A DNA stretch of 64,000 nt from an uncultured Candidatus Binatia bacterium. GTDB lineage: Bacteria > Desulfobacterota > Binatia > UBA9968 > JAJDTQ01. Positions 1 through 10,237 of the stretch are shown here, piece after piece (the stretch's first letter is position 1; every line of letters starts with the position of its first letter). The stretch lies in assembly GCA_965242525.1 (NCBI GenBank), contig OZ251459.1:3168001-3232000 (forward strand). The letters are read 5' to 3'. The notes under the pieces were generated by a model that ran no database searches, was not told the DNA's origin, and worked only from the letters and a program-made list of their open reading frames with translations. The position numbers were made by a program, and so were the translations under genes.

Positions 1-622
1 CCTGCTTGGCGCCGTGGTCCCGGGCCACCGCGGTGGCGAAGTTGCCCAGCGGCCCGCTGCCCTGAATCACCACGGTCTCGTGGCTCTTGATCGCGCCGAG
101 GCGGTCGTAGCCGTGCATCACCGTGCGGTAGGCGCACGCGGAAGCGGCCGCGGACGCCGAAGTCACGTCGTCCGGCACCCGGATGATCTCGCACGGCGGG
201 GGGACGTACATGTACTCAGACACGCTTCCCAGCAGGTAGGGGTACCGGTCGCTGCGGTTGTGCCCCCAGGAGGCCCGTCCCGGGCAGATGCACGGCTGGA
301 GGGCCACCGTGCAGTAGTAGCAGTGGCCGCAGGCCACGTAGCTCCACACGATGCGGTCGCCGGGCTTCACCGGCTTGCCCAGGATATCCGTGCGCTCGCC
401 GTTGACCTCCTCGATGTAGCCGCACGGCTCGTGCCCGGTGATGATGGGCAGGGTGTCGCCGCCGCCCAGCGGACCGTGCCAGCGGTGCACGTCGGTGCCG
501 CAGATGGTGGACGCCTCCATGCGCACCAGCAACGCCCCCGGCTCCAGGTCGGGTACGGGCACTTTCCGTATTTCCAGCGGCTCGTTGTGGGACACCACCA
601 CCGCGGCGCGGCATTCGTCCAT
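1..622 (-). CDS. Zinc-binding (MDR family) alcohol dehydrogenase, 3' end runs off the window
   Basis: Not in the ORF track; hand-translated from ATG 622: MDECRAAVVV...ICGTDVH...TGHEPCG...ACGHCYYC...VIQGSGPLG (catalytic Zn, structural Zn and Rossmann motifs). Confidence 0.9.
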   Translation of the reverse strand, partial: MDECRAAVVVSHNEPLEIRKVPVPDLEPGALLVRMEASTICGTDVHRWHGPLGGGDTLPIITGHEPCGYIEEVNGERTDILGKPVKPGDRIVWSYVACGHCYYCTVALQPCICPGRASWGHNRSDRYPYLLGSVSEYMYVPPPCEIIRVPDDVTSASAAASACAYRTVMHGYDRLGAIKSHETVVIQGSGPLGNFATAVARDHGAKQ

Positions 623-734
623 GGCGCTCTCCTTGCGGGGTCCGGGCCGCGGGCCCCCGCGGTCCCGTGTCGGCATCACGAAGGGGCAGGACGCGACCCA
701 CGCCCTGCCCCCGTGCGGGAAAGCCCTTGGACGG

Positions 735-1856
735 CTATGCCTTGGCCGCTGCGGCCGCGGCCCCGGAACCCGCGGCCTCCGGCTTGTAGAACCGCTCCGC
801 GTTGCGGTAGAGCATGGCCGCCTTGTCGTCCGCGGTGAGCTCGCCGCTCTCCATCAACTCGCCGAGGTCGTGCTTGCAGCTCTCGTTGGTGACCTCGTGC
901 GGGAAGTCGGACGAGTACAGGAACGGCCGGTTGCCCACCACCTTGATGGCGAAGGGGAGCGTCAGCTCCTCGGTCTCGATCCCCAGGTAGAAGCGGTCCT
1001 CGTCGATGAGCTGCCGGATGACCTGGGCGGGGTCGTCGTCTTCGCCGATGCCGAACTCGCCGTCCGGGATGTACTGGAAGTGGGTCTCGTGGGAGGCGTG
1101 CAGCCGCTCCAGCAGCACCAGCAGCCACGCCACCCCGCCTTCGAGGAAGGCGATGCGCACGTTGGGGAAGCGCTGGAAGATGCCGTTGTAGAGGATGTTG
1201 GCGCAGTTGAGGCCGATGCCCCAGGGATGGCCCAGGGCGTGCACCGGCACGTACATGTTCATCTGGTCCAGTCCGAACCGGTCGTGGCACCCGCCGTGCA
1301 CCGCGAGGCAGCAACCCAGCCTGTCGGCCTCTTCGTAGATGGGCCAGTACGCCTTGGCCCCCAGGGGTTGCGCGAGGCCGTTGGACGGCATCATGGCGCC
1401 CATCATGCCGAGCTCGGTGACGGCCCGCCGCAGCTCCCTGGCCGCTTCCTCCGGGTCCTGCATGGGGATCAGGGCCATGCCGTTGAAGCGCGGGTCGCGT
1501 TGCAGGTAGGTGTGGTACATCCAGTCGTTGTAGGCCCTGGTGCACGCAACCGCGTAGTCGAGGCTGACGATCTTGCCGTAGGCCAGACCCTGGGTCGGGT
1601 ACATCACGGTCCAGTCGATGCCCACGTCCTCCAGGAACTCCAGCCAGCCGTCGGGACCTACCTTGGGACGCCCGTCCCGGAGCGGCGGCGTCTCCACCGC
1701 GCGGCCGTCGTGGAGGTGGTCGATGGGCGGAAAGATGACCCCCTTCTTGCCGGCGATCTCCCGGTACGGCGACGCCATGTGCTCCAGGATCCCCGGGTTG
1801 TCCTCCATGATGTGGCCGTCGCCGTCGATGATGCGTGTGTTCAGTTGACCGGACAT
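735..1856 (-). CDS. Amidohydrolase family protein (amidohydrolase_2 type)
   Basis: IIDGDGHIME, AVHGG, FLEGG and YSSDFPHE motifs; GGAGG RBS before ATG 1856. Confidence 0.9.
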   Translation of the reverse strand: MSGQLNTRIIDGDGHIMEDNPGILEHMASPYREIAGKKGVIFPPIDHLHDGRAVETPPLRDGRPKVGPDGWLEFLEDVGIDWTVMYPTQGLAYGKIVSLDYAVACTRAYNDWMYHTYLQRDPRFNGMALIPMQDPEEAARELRRAVTELGMMGAMMPSNGLAQPLGAKAYWPIYEEADRLGCCLAVHGGCHDRFGLDQMNMYVPVHALGHPWGIGLNCANILYNGIFQRFPNVRIAFLEGGVAWLLVLLERLHASHETHFQYIPDGEFGIGEDDDPAQVIRQLIDEDRFYLGIETEELTLPFAIKVVGNRPFLYSSDFPHEVTNESCKHDLGELMESGELTADDKAAMLYRNAERFYKPEAAGSGAAAAAAKA

Positions 1857-2051
1857 GATCCTGTTACCTCCTGACGTGGAATGGAGCCCCAGTCGAAGCG
1901 CGAAGCGTGCTCCTTTCCGGCCCTTATACCGCTCATTGCCTCCGTACATCAAGGGATTCGGCGGCTTTTCCCGGCCGCCGCCCTCGGCCGCACCGGCGCC
2001 GTCCCAGGGCCACGGCCCGAGGGACAGGAGATGGGCCACCCGCGAGCCGGT

Positions 2052-3254
2052 TCAGTCCGTGGCAGATTCCTTCGATGCAGAGAGAACTGCCGCTTCAGGA
2101 ATGCGGGGCAGCCCTTGCCGTTGCAGGTACAGGGCGTAACGCTGCTGGATCCTGGTGAGATAAGGGGGCAACAGCCGGCCGATACGCTTGTCCTTTATAG
2201 TGACAAACCGCTTTATCCAAAGTTTCCTGAAACGGAACCGCACGCTTTTTCGCTCGTGGATGGAAAACGCAATGCTCTCATTTACCTGTTCTTCGAACTG
2301 CCCGAGTTTACACTGATAACGTTCCTTCAATTCTTCATCGTTCATCGCTTCCCCTTCAATGCAATATAACTCCACCTGGTCAATCGGTTGGCCACTCCTG
2401 GGAACGCAGTCGCAGTCCGGTCTGATATTGAGCAAGTATCTCTTCTCGGACATCTGGAACAGGTCGCCACATCTTATTTCATTTGCTGGGACAGCGCCCT
2501 GAAAGCTGATTTCGCCGATCAACCCCTGCAGATCTTCCTGCAGATCTTCTAGAGAAACATCGGCAGGGGTAGCTTCGAGTATTGCGGCTTCGAATGCGTC
2601 TGTACGCATGCGTCCCCGCAGGTTGTCGTTGATCAGATGGGTGAGGGACGAGCTTGGGTCCACGCCGTCGGCTCTGTACTCCTTCCAGAAAGCCCTGGGC
2701 CAGTCTGGACTCCTTGCGTACATGGAACCAAAGAGATCCTTCTTGGCGGCATGGAACACTCTCTCCCAGGTTTTCAGGGAATACACCGATGCGTTGTTTC
2801 TCATCCATTGCTCGATAGCGCTCAGATCCAGCTTATCGCCGTGCAGCAGTTCATTCTTCCACTGAATGAACACGAAACTCGATTCGGTCATCTCCTCTCG
2901 GTAAATGTCACAAGGCAACTTGCTCTTGATGTCCTCGGGGTCCCCGTTGGTGAAGATCAAAACAGGCACGAAGTAGTCCTTCGCCCGCTCAACGAACTCG
3001 ATATTCAGCTTCTCCAGTTCGGTGCTACCATTCGGCCACAGCTTCCAATCCAACAGAATAAAGCTGGCAGCTTGCAACAGATTCGGCCAAGTGCCTTTCG
3101 GCGGTATCTGTTTCGCCTTGCAGAATGGCAGATTCCATTCTCGTTCGAGTTGATGGACGATCTCCAGGATTCGATCCTCCTCCCCGTCCTGATCCCCTTC
3201 GATCTGGTCGTCGATCACCACAGCGATGCCGGACAACAGGTCCTTGAGGTCCAT
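2052..3254 (-). CDS. Receiver-domain protein with a large uncharacterised C-terminal region (partner of the upstream kinase)
   Basis: N-terminal VVIDD, ILLDWKL, LIFTN and QWK receiver-like residues; start overlaps the upstream stop (TGATG). Confidence 0.75.
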   Translation of the reverse strand: MDLKDLLSGIAVVIDDQIEGDQDGEEDRILEIVHQLEREWNLPFCKAKQIPPKGTWPNLLQAASFILLDWKLWPNGSTELEKLNIEFVERAKDYFVPVLIFTNGDPEDIKSKLPCDIYREEMTESSFVFIQWKNELLHGDKLDLSAIEQWMRNNASVYSLKTWERVFHAAKKDLFGSMYARSPDWPRAFWKEYRADGVDPSSSLTHLINDNLRGRMRTDAFEAAILEATPADVSLEDLQEDLQGLIGEISFQGAVPANEIRCGDLFQMSEKRYLLNIRPDCDCVPRSGQPIDQVELYCIEGEAMNDEELKERYQCKLGQFEEQVNESIAFSIHERKSVRFRFRKLWIKRFVTIKDKRIGRLLPPYLTRIQQRYALYLQRQGLPRIPEAAVLSASKESATD

Positions 3255-5479
3255 CAGGCATCCTCCTTCACAAAGCTGACGACGAAGTTGGCGCCCGGCA
3301 AGACCTTCTGGTGGTCCTCCGCGAAGGCGATGCGGTAGTCGTGCCGCTCCAGCAACTGGCGGGCGATGTACAGGCCCAGGCCTCGTCCTTCCTCTCCCTT
3401 CCCGGAATAGAAGGGCTCGAATATGTACGGCAGGTCTTCCGGGTCCACACCGGGTCCATTGTCCGAAAAAATGAGTTCGCTCCGGTCTCCGTTGACGGTA
3501 ACGCGGATTTCACGTTTGGCCGGATCCACGGCCTCCAGCCAGTAGGCGGCGTTGTCGAACAAGTTGATCAGGACCTGCATGACCACTCCGTCGGTGGTGT
3601 TGGCCACCAGCGGCGAACTGCCCACGTTGGCCTTTCGATAGTCGATGGTCCGTTGTTCCAGCAGGCTGCGGTATATCTGGCCAATTTTGTCCAGCACCGG
3701 CTCGACCTTGAGAACCTTCCGGCGTCTTCGCGAGGACTTGAACAGACTCTGCACGTCCCGCATTCCGTCCATGATCTGCTGGAGTACCCCCACAAGCATG
3801 TCCGCCTGCTCCCGAACGTCATCTATGCCTGCCTCTCTTGCCTTCCGTGCCAGCCGTTTGCTGACTTCCTGAGCGCGGCTCATCAGGAGCATGATGTCGT
3901 GAGACGCCATTTCCACAGATAGACCTACCCCTGCCAGGTCCTCGGTGATGTCGGCGCGTTGGGATAGATATTCCTTCTCACGTTCGTAGTTGGCCTCGAT
4001 CCTGGACACTTCACGTGCCCGTGGCTTCTGTCCCGACTTTTCGAGTCCACTCTTCAGCTCCGCCAAGCCTTGGGCAACCACCCCTTCACGCACGAACCGG
4101 GCGGCACTGCGCTCTTGTTGCTTCTGCTGATAGCGTGCATAGGGATACTGCCTTACGTAGGAAAGGAAGGCTTGCACCAGAAAGATAAGGTCGTGGGCGG
4201 CTCCACCGGTCTCGATCAAACCCTCGCGATTGGTCTTGTCCCTCAGGCGAGTGTTTCCCTCCTGGGTGATGTCGATCCAGCCGATGACCTGGTCGTTGCT
4301 GAAAAAATTACCCGCTCGGCCAATGCCGCGAGTTACGTCGATACTGAGCCAGTCATCATTAGGGTCACCGTAGGGATACACCCGCACCCCGTCCCGGTAC
4401 AGGTAGATCCGATGATCCTTGAGGAGTTTCCGCTCTTTCGGAGTGAGTGCGTACCGGCCGTCACTGCGCTTTGAGAAATCGAAGATGTAGAAATGGAATG
4501 CGAAATCCCCACAGGTGTATGGGGTGCCGCTGTTGGACTGGCCTGAGAACGGAAGCGCCATCTGTGAAGCGGCCTTGTCGAAACGTTGCCGCCATATCCA
4601 TAGACGCGTGATCTTTGCATCCGTCATGCTAATTTCGTTTCTATTGTCGTTGGTCTCGAAGGAGAAAGTAGTTTGCTCGGAATGAAAGTTTCCCTGAATC
4701 GCCAATACCGACTTGTCTTCGATCAAGGCTCTCAGGTTTTCCGCTTCCTCGGTTTCAATTGCCCGGGCTTCACCGTTGCAGACGACGGCGATCTCAAAAC
4801 GATCGGCGGATTTATGGCGCGTGAGCCGCGATACGGGATCCGTCAAGTTGGAGGCATCGCGGCACAAATCCTCGACGATCTCCTCATTCCAGTCGCCCTT
4901 CAGGGCCTCGATTTCTATCAGGGTGCCATGTTCGAAGCCGGGGAATTTCACCGGCCGGGACTGTGAACAATCGATCCGGATTTCATCCAGGAAAATTTCC
5001 TTCTCCTGACCATCCTCGCTGACGAAGTCGTCGTCGAACCGGGAAAAATCATAAGCCAGCACGGTTTCGAACTCCGTGTCAGGAGGGCGTGTCGTGACCA
5101 TGACCACTTTGCCCAGTTTCAGCACTGCAAAGCGTCCGATACCCTTTTCGCCCTGGATGATCCTCTTCCTGACACGCGTCTTTCTTTGTCCTTTCCGTTT
5201 GTCGAGATATTTTTGCGGCGCCGCGGGGTTCATCCACTGGTTACGAATGATGTCTTCCGTCATCCCGACACCATCATCCCGCACCACGATGCGGGAACGT
5301 TCATTGCATGTCATGTCATCATTGAAATCCTCGAACCGTACTTCGACGCGATCCGCGTCCGCGTCGTATGCGTTCTTGATGAGTTCGATCAGCGCGATCC
5401 GCTCGTTCTTGATCAACTGGTCGCCCAGCATGGTCAACAGCCGGGCATAAGGGCGGAGCGATAGCGCTTCAGGCTTCAT
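3254..5479 (-). CDS. GHKL (MORC/MutL-like) ATPase fused to a C-terminal histidine kinase
   Basis: ELIKNAYDA, DDGVGM, GEKGIGRFA, HGTLIEI at the N-terminus; DKTNREGL in the middle; EMASHDI (H-box), NLFDNA, DNGPG, FEPF, GRGLGL at the C-terminus; ATGA overlap with the MTase. Confidence 0.88.
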   Translation of the reverse strand: MKPEALSLRPYARLLTMLGDQLIKNERIALIELIKNAYDADADRVEVRFEDFNDDMTCNERSRIVVRDDGVGMTEDIIRNQWMNPAAPQKYLDKRKGQRKTRVRKRIIQGEKGIGRFAVLKLGKVVMVTTRPPDTEFETVLAYDFSRFDDDFVSEDGQEKEIFLDEIRIDCSQSRPVKFPGFEHGTLIEIEALKGDWNEEIVEDLCRDASNLTDPVSRLTRHKSADRFEIAVVCNGEARAIETEEAENLRALIEDKSVLAIQGNFHSEQTTFSFETNDNRNEISMTDAKITRLWIWRQRFDKAASQMALPFSGQSNSGTPYTCGDFAFHFYIFDFSKRSDGRYALTPKERKLLKDHRIYLYRDGVRVYPYGDPNDDWLSIDVTRGIGRAGNFFSNDQVIGWIDITQEGNTRLRDKTNREGLIETGGAAHDLIFLVQAFLSYVRQYPYARYQQKQQERSAARFVREGVVAQGLAELKSGLEKSGQKPRAREVSRIEANYEREKEYLSQRADITEDLAGVGLSVEMASHDIMLLMSRAQEVSKRLARKAREAGIDDVREQADMLVGVLQQIMDGMRDVQSLFKSSRRRRKVLKVEPVLDKIGQIYRSLLEQRTIDYRKANVGSSPLVANTTDGVVMQVLINLFDNAAYWLEAVDPAKREIRVTVNGDRSELIFSDNGPGVDPEDLPYIFEPFYSGKGEEGRGLGLYIARQLLERHDYRIAFAEDHQKVLPGANFVVSFVKEDA

Positions 5480-6729
5480 TGTTTTCTCCCGATGACGACG
5501 AACTCTTTGCCGTAAACCTTGCGCTGGGTCGAATCGCGGGTGAACTGCCCGCGAGCGTTCCGGTATGGAGTCATGATCTTCCACGAAACCTTGCGGGGGA
5601 ATTTTTCCACTTGGCGAAAACCCGCACGTTCCATACGGTCCGCCAAGTGCGCCGCGTTGTCGATCCTGACGCCCTTGTACTCTGTGTTCCCGATGACGAA
5701 AACCGCCATCCCGCCATCGTTCAGCATGTGTCCGCACTTGACGACAGCCTTGTCCATGTCGAGAAAATATCGGGCCACCGAACGCGCCTTGCACCCGTCT
5801 TCACGCAACAGGGCGCGATAGGTCTTCCAGGCGGCCGAGCCGAGTTCCTTGATGGCGCCAGGTTCGAGGGGCTTTACGCCGTGCTGGTTGCCTAGCATGT
5901 TCTTCCGCAGCGTGCGATAGTCGGAGGCGTAGCCCAGCCACAGCGTCGAGAGTTGATGGATATCCGCGTAGTCGTAGGAAGTCACATAGGGTGGACTGGT
6001 CACGATCAGGTCAACCCGGCAGGCCGGTTTCGGTGAGGCCAGGAAATTCCGCGTCCGGAGGCAGACCCGCGGCTTGGGGGCCGGAAACCGATTCTGCCGG
6101 TTTGCTTTCCGCATCAAGGCGAACTGCTCCTCGAACGCCTCCATCACCCCGCGCGGCGACTTGTGCGGGTCGAGTTGGGCCTTGATGGACTTGGTCAGCC
6201 ATCGGGAAGCCGGCTTCAGGATGTTCGAGAAGCCGCAGTGAAAGAATTTTCGATACAGACTATTCATAGGAGTATGTCGCCGGATCGCCTGGTCGAGGCG
6301 GATCAGGTCTTCGATGTTCCGTTCCTCGAACCAATAGCGGATCCGGTCGCTGACTCGTGCACGGCTTTCCGGGGAGGGCTCCGTTCGGTGGAATTCCTCC
6401 TGGATGGCGCCGAAATACCGCGCCAGCAGCGCGTCCCTGTAGTGGCATGTCTTCACTTGCGCGATCAGCGTGGCGACCGGATTGATGTCGCAGCCCCAGA
6501 AATCCTTTCCGTTCCTTTTCGCCTCCACCGCGGTGGTGCCGCACCCGCAGAAAACGTCCGCAACGACCTCCACGTTCACGCCTTCCCGTTCGGCGTACTG
6601 CAGAGCTTTCGTGGTAATGAAGGCGGGGAACTTTGCGGGATAACTATGAATCCTGTGGATCGGTTCTTCTTTGCGGTCCCCGAAATTCCAGTCGCAGGCT
6701 GAATTATTAGAACTGACCATGACTTCCAC
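5476..6729 (-). CDS. Amino-DNA methyltransferase (motif I before motif IV, SPPY type; probably m4C)
   Basis: HSYPAKF, DVFCGCGTT, CDINP and TSPPY motifs; GTG 6729 or ATG 6720 start. Confidence 0.9.
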   Translation of the reverse strand: MEVMVSSNNSACDWNFGDRKEEPIHRIHSYPAKFPAFITTKALQYAEREGVNVEVVADVFCGCGTTAVEAKRNGKDFWGCDINPVATLIAQVKTCHYRDALLARYFGAIQEEFHRTEPSPESRARVSDRIRYWFEERNIEDLIRLDQAIRRHTPMNSLYRKFFHCGFSNILKPASRWLTKSIKAQLDPHKSPRGVMEAFEEQFALMRKANRQNRFPAPKPRVCLRTRNFLASPKPACRVDLIVTSPPYVTSYDYADIHQLSTLWLGYASDYRTLRKNMLGNQHGVKPLEPGAIKELGSAAWKTYRALLREDGCKARSVARYFLDMDKAVVKCGHMLNDGGMAVFVIGNTEYKGVRIDNAAHLADRMERAGFRQVEKFPRKVSWKIMTPYRNARGQFTRDSTQRKVYGKEFVVIGRKQ

Positions 6730-7231
6730 CGTAATCGTATTTCCTCAATGGCTCACGTGGTCCGACTATTGTCGTCCCGCAAGGTCGGACTCGCTTCTCC
6801 AACCCTGGCCTCCACAGTCAACTCCCTTCAACCCGGCCGCTCGGCCGTGAAATCCTCGTCTGTGCACGGCGCCTCCTCTGCGAAGGACTCCCAACTCGGA
6901 AGCGGATGTCCTCCAAGTCGCCGGGAGACCTGGAAACGTCCCGGCACCGGCGGACGAAGCCGCCAGGGGGGTGTTGACCGCAGTGACCCGTTCGTTGAAG
7001 GACTGCGTTTGTCGTCGTCCTGATCGCGCTCTTTGCCTTTGACCTCCGGATGCCGCGTCGCAAGCCCATCCACCGAGTATAGGCCAGCGGGCCGTCCGCC
7101 GCAATTTGCACGGGCGGCGGGGTCACGTCAATGGACGAACATGGGCGGATTCCCGCCGAGACAGTAGCCGTCCCGCTTTGCCAGTGGAACCCCGCTGTGG
7201 TAGGTTCCGCCAAAACCTTTCGGGGGACCCC

Positions 7232-8203
7232 ATGAGCATCGAACGGAGAATTTTCCTCGCGGCGGGCGCAGGGCTGTTGGCAGGGGCGTTGGTCCAGGCG
7301 GCGCCGGCCGCGGCCGGACAGCGGATGGTCTTCGGCGGCGGCCCGGCCGGCGGCACGTTCCAGATCGTGGCCAACTCCATCCAGGTCTATGGTCCGGTCA
7401 AGGCTTCCAGGGACTACAGCGTCAAGGCCCAGTCCTCCGCGGGCTCGGTGGAGAACCTGCGCAAGGTCAACCGGGGCAGGATGCAGTTCGGCGTGGCGTA
7501 CTCCGGCCACGTCTATCTCGGGCGCGAGGGGCGGTTGAAGAACGACGCCAGGAAGTACGAAGACGTGCTCGCCCTCTCGTACCTGTACGGCGCCCCGGCC
7601 CAACTCGTGGTGCGCAAGGGATCGGGCATCGCCAGCGCCCGGGACTTGGCGGGCAGGAAGGTGGCGGTGGGCAACGCGGGCTCCGGCGCCTTCGCCAACT
7701 GCGAACTCTTCTTCACCCACCTGGGGATCTGGGACAAGGTGCAGCGAAACGCCATGGGCTACAACGACGCGGCCGCGGCCTTCGGCAACGGACAGATCGA
7801 CGCCTTCTGGCTCTTTACCGCCTTTCCCAGCGGCGCGGTGGTCATGGCGGCCCAGACGAACGACATCGACCTCGTCGACCTGGAAAAGGACGCCGCGGAA
7901 AGCGGTTTCTTCGAGAAATACCCCTATTTCACCAGGCTCGCCGTGCCCGCGGGCGCCTACCGGGGCGTGGCCCATGCGACGTCCTCCTTCCAGGACTCGA
8001 CCCTCTGGGTCGCCAACGCCCGGACGCCCGCGGACGTGGTGTACGACCTGCTCTCCAAGATCTATTCGGAGGACGGGCTGGCCTACATGCGGCGCCAGAA
8101 GAAGACCTTCGGGGAGATGAGCGTCGAGGACGGCATAAAGGGCATCGTCACCCCCCTGCATCCGGGAGCGCAGCGGTTCTGGAAGGAGAAAGGACTGCTC
8201 TGA
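7232..8203 (+). CDS. TAXI-family TRAP transporter solute-binding subunit
   Basis: Tat-like ERRIFL signal, GGPAGGTF, GSVENL, PLHPGAQRFWKE. Confidence 0.92.
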   Translation: MSIERRIFLAAGAGLLAGALVQAAPAAAGQRMVFGGGPAGGTFQIVANSIQVYGPVKASRDYSVKAQSSAGSVENLRKVNRGRMQFGVAYSGHVYLGREGRLKNDARKYEDVLALSYLYGAPAQLVVRKGSGIASARDLAGRKVAVGNAGSGAFANCELFFTHLGIWDKVQRNAMGYNDAAAAFGNGQIDAFWLFTAFPSGAVVMAAQTNDIDLVDLEKDAAESGFFEKYPYFTRLAVPAGAYRGVAHATSSFQDSTLWVANARTPADVVYDLLSKIYSEDGLAYMRRQKKTFGEMSVEDGIKGIVTPLHPGAQRFWKEKGLL

Positions 8204-8324
8204 GGCCCCGGGGCGTCTCCCCCGCGGTTCCCGCGTGCGAGGGAATCGGGAGGACGGGCCGCGGGACCATGAAGCCGACCGGGCCGCGGGCGGCCAAGGC
8301 CGTGGTCCTGCCGCCTGACCCGTC

Positions 8325-10067
8325 ATGCAGAGACCTCCGGACAGGTTCGACCGGCTGAACCGGGTGGAGCAGCGGGCGTTCGACGTCCTGTCGGTCGCCC
8401 TGGTGCTCTTCTACTCATACTCCGCGGTGCTCGCTCCCGCGGCGACCCAGTACCACCGCGGCATCTACATCCTCATCACCTACGTGCTGGTCTTCCTGCT
8501 CTACCGCGCCCGCGGGCGGCTGGGCCGGGCCGTCGATTACGCGCTCATGGCCGCGTCCGCGGCGTGCATCGGCTACTGGATGCTGCACTTCGAGGCCATC
8601 AACTACCGGGCCGGGGCCGAGACCCCGGTGGACCGATGGGTGGCGGTGGCGGGCGTGCTGCTGGGCGTGGAGCTGGCCCGCCGGGTGGTGGGCAACGTGT
8701 TCGTGGTCCTGGGCGCGGCCATGCTGCTCTACGGCGTGTACGGCGCGTATGCGCCCGACCCGGTCTCCCACGCCGGCGACACCTTTCCCGAACTCTGCAC
8801 CAGCATCTTCTACAAGAGCGACGGCGTCTTCGGCATCATGGCCAACGTGCTGGCCACCTACGTGATCCTGTTCGTGGTCTTCGGCGCCTTCCTGGAAGCC
8901 AGCGGCGCCCAGCGCTTCTTCGTGGACTTTCCCCTGGCCGCGGTGGGCCACACCGTGGGCGGCCCGGCCAAGGTGGCGGTGATCACCAGCGGCCTGTTCG
9001 GCTCCATCTCCGGCAGCGCCATCGCCAATACCGTCTCCACCGGCAGCTTCACCATCCCCATGATGAAGAAGGCCGGCTTCCAGCCCCACGTGGCCGGCGG
9101 CATCGAACCCGCGGCCTCCATCGGCGGCATGTTCATGCCCCCCATCATGGGCGCCGGCGGCTTCCTCATGGCGGAGCTCACCGGCGAACCCTACTCCACC
9201 ATCATGCTGGTCTCCCTCTTTCCGGCGCTCATGTACTTCTTCAGCGTCTTCGTCATGGTCCACTACGAGGCCAAGGGCCGCCGCATCCGCGGCGAAGACC
9301 CGCAGATGGACGCGGCGGCGATACTCCGACGGGGCTGGTTCTACCTCCTGCCCCTGACGGTCATCACCGCCCTGATGCTCGTGGGCTACTCGCCCGGCTA
9401 CGCCGCGGTGATGGGGCTCGCGGCCTGCGCCGCGGTGAGCTGGTTCCGCAGGGACACCCGCATGGACCCGCGCGGATTCGTGGAGGCCGCCCGGGCCGGC
9501 GCCGCCAACAGCCTCGCCATCGGCGCCACCGTGGGGGTCATCGGCATCGTCATCGGCGTGCTCACCTACAGCGGACTGGTGCTCACCTTCGCCGACATCG
9601 TCATCGCCCTGGCTGACGGCCGGCTCTGGCTCGCCATCCTGCTCATCGCCCTGGCGTCGCTGGTCCTGGGCATGGGCGTGCCGGTGACCGCGGCCTACCT
9701 GATTACCGCGGTGGTGGCGGTACCGCCCCTGACCGCCCTGGGCGTCAACCCCATCGCCGCGCACATGATCGTCTATTGGCTGTCCCAGGACTCCAACATC
9801 ACGCCGCCGGTGTGCATCGCCGCCTTCACCGGCGCCGCCATCGCCAGGGCCGACATGTGGAAGACCGCCTTCACCGCCCTCCGGTTCGCCAAGTTCCTCT
9901 ACCTGGCGCCCTTCCTCTTCGCCTACGTGCCGGCCTTCTCCCTGGACGGCAGCGCCTCCCAAGTCCTGACCGCCTTCCCGCTCATCGCCGTCGGCGTCTG
10001 GGCCTACGCCTGGCTCCTGAGCGGCATCTGGCTCCGCAGGTCCGGGAGCACGCCGGCAACGGGCTAA
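8325..10067 (+). CDS. TRAP transporter fused permease (4TM/12TM)
   Basis: GGPAKVAV, GSISGSAIANT, ASIGGMFMPPIMG, ITPPV motifs. Confidence 0.92.
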   Translation: MQRPPDRFDRLNRVEQRAFDVLSVALVLFYSYSAVLAPAATQYHRGIYILITYVLVFLLYRARGRLGRAVDYALMAASAACIGYWMLHFEAINYRAGAETPVDRWVAVAGVLLGVELARRVVGNVFVVLGAAMLLYGVYGAYAPDPVSHAGDTFPELCTSIFYKSDGVFGIMANVLATYVILFVVFGAFLEASGAQRFFVDFPLAAVGHTVGGPAKVAVITSGLFGSISGSAIANTVSTGSFTIPMMKKAGFQPHVAGGIEPAASIGGMFMPPIMGAGGFLMAELTGEPYSTIMLVSLFPALMYFFSVFVMVHYEAKGRRIRGEDPQMDAAAILRRGWFYLLPLTVITALMLVGYSPGYAAVMGLAACAAVSWFRRDTRMDPRGFVEAARAGAANSLAIGATVGVIGIVIGVLTYSGLVLTFADIVIALADGRLWLAILLIALASLVLGMGVPVTAAYLITAVVAVPPLTALGVNPIAAHMIVYWLSQDSNITPPVCIAAFTGAAIARADMWKTAFTALRFAKFLYLAPFLFAYVPAFSLDGSASQVLTAFPLIAVGVWAYAWLLSGIWLRRSGSTPATG

Positions 10068-10136
10068 GGCCCCCGGCCGGAGGCGTGGGCCGTCCTGTGG
10101 ATTCCGGCACGGTGTTTGCGGGTTGACTTACCGAGC

Positions 10137-10200
10137 GGAACCCTGAGCAACGAGTCCCGTTCGTCCTGAGCGTAGCGAAGCGAAGTCGAAGGACGCGCTC
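10137..10200 (+). repeat. Dispersed palindromic repeat family A, copy 1
   Basis: Core CCGTTCGTCCTGAGCGTAGCGAAGCGAAGTCGAAGGACGCGC between convergent genes. Confidence 0.85.
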
Positions 10201-10237
10201 TTCGAGCTGCCGCCAATCCGGTCATCCGGTTCGGGCG

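Noticed and set aside
5480-5794. 105-aa N-terminal extension of the ATPase-kinase in the ORF track
   Set aside because: It overlaps the MTase in another frame; the ATGA coupling at 5476-5479 marks the real start.
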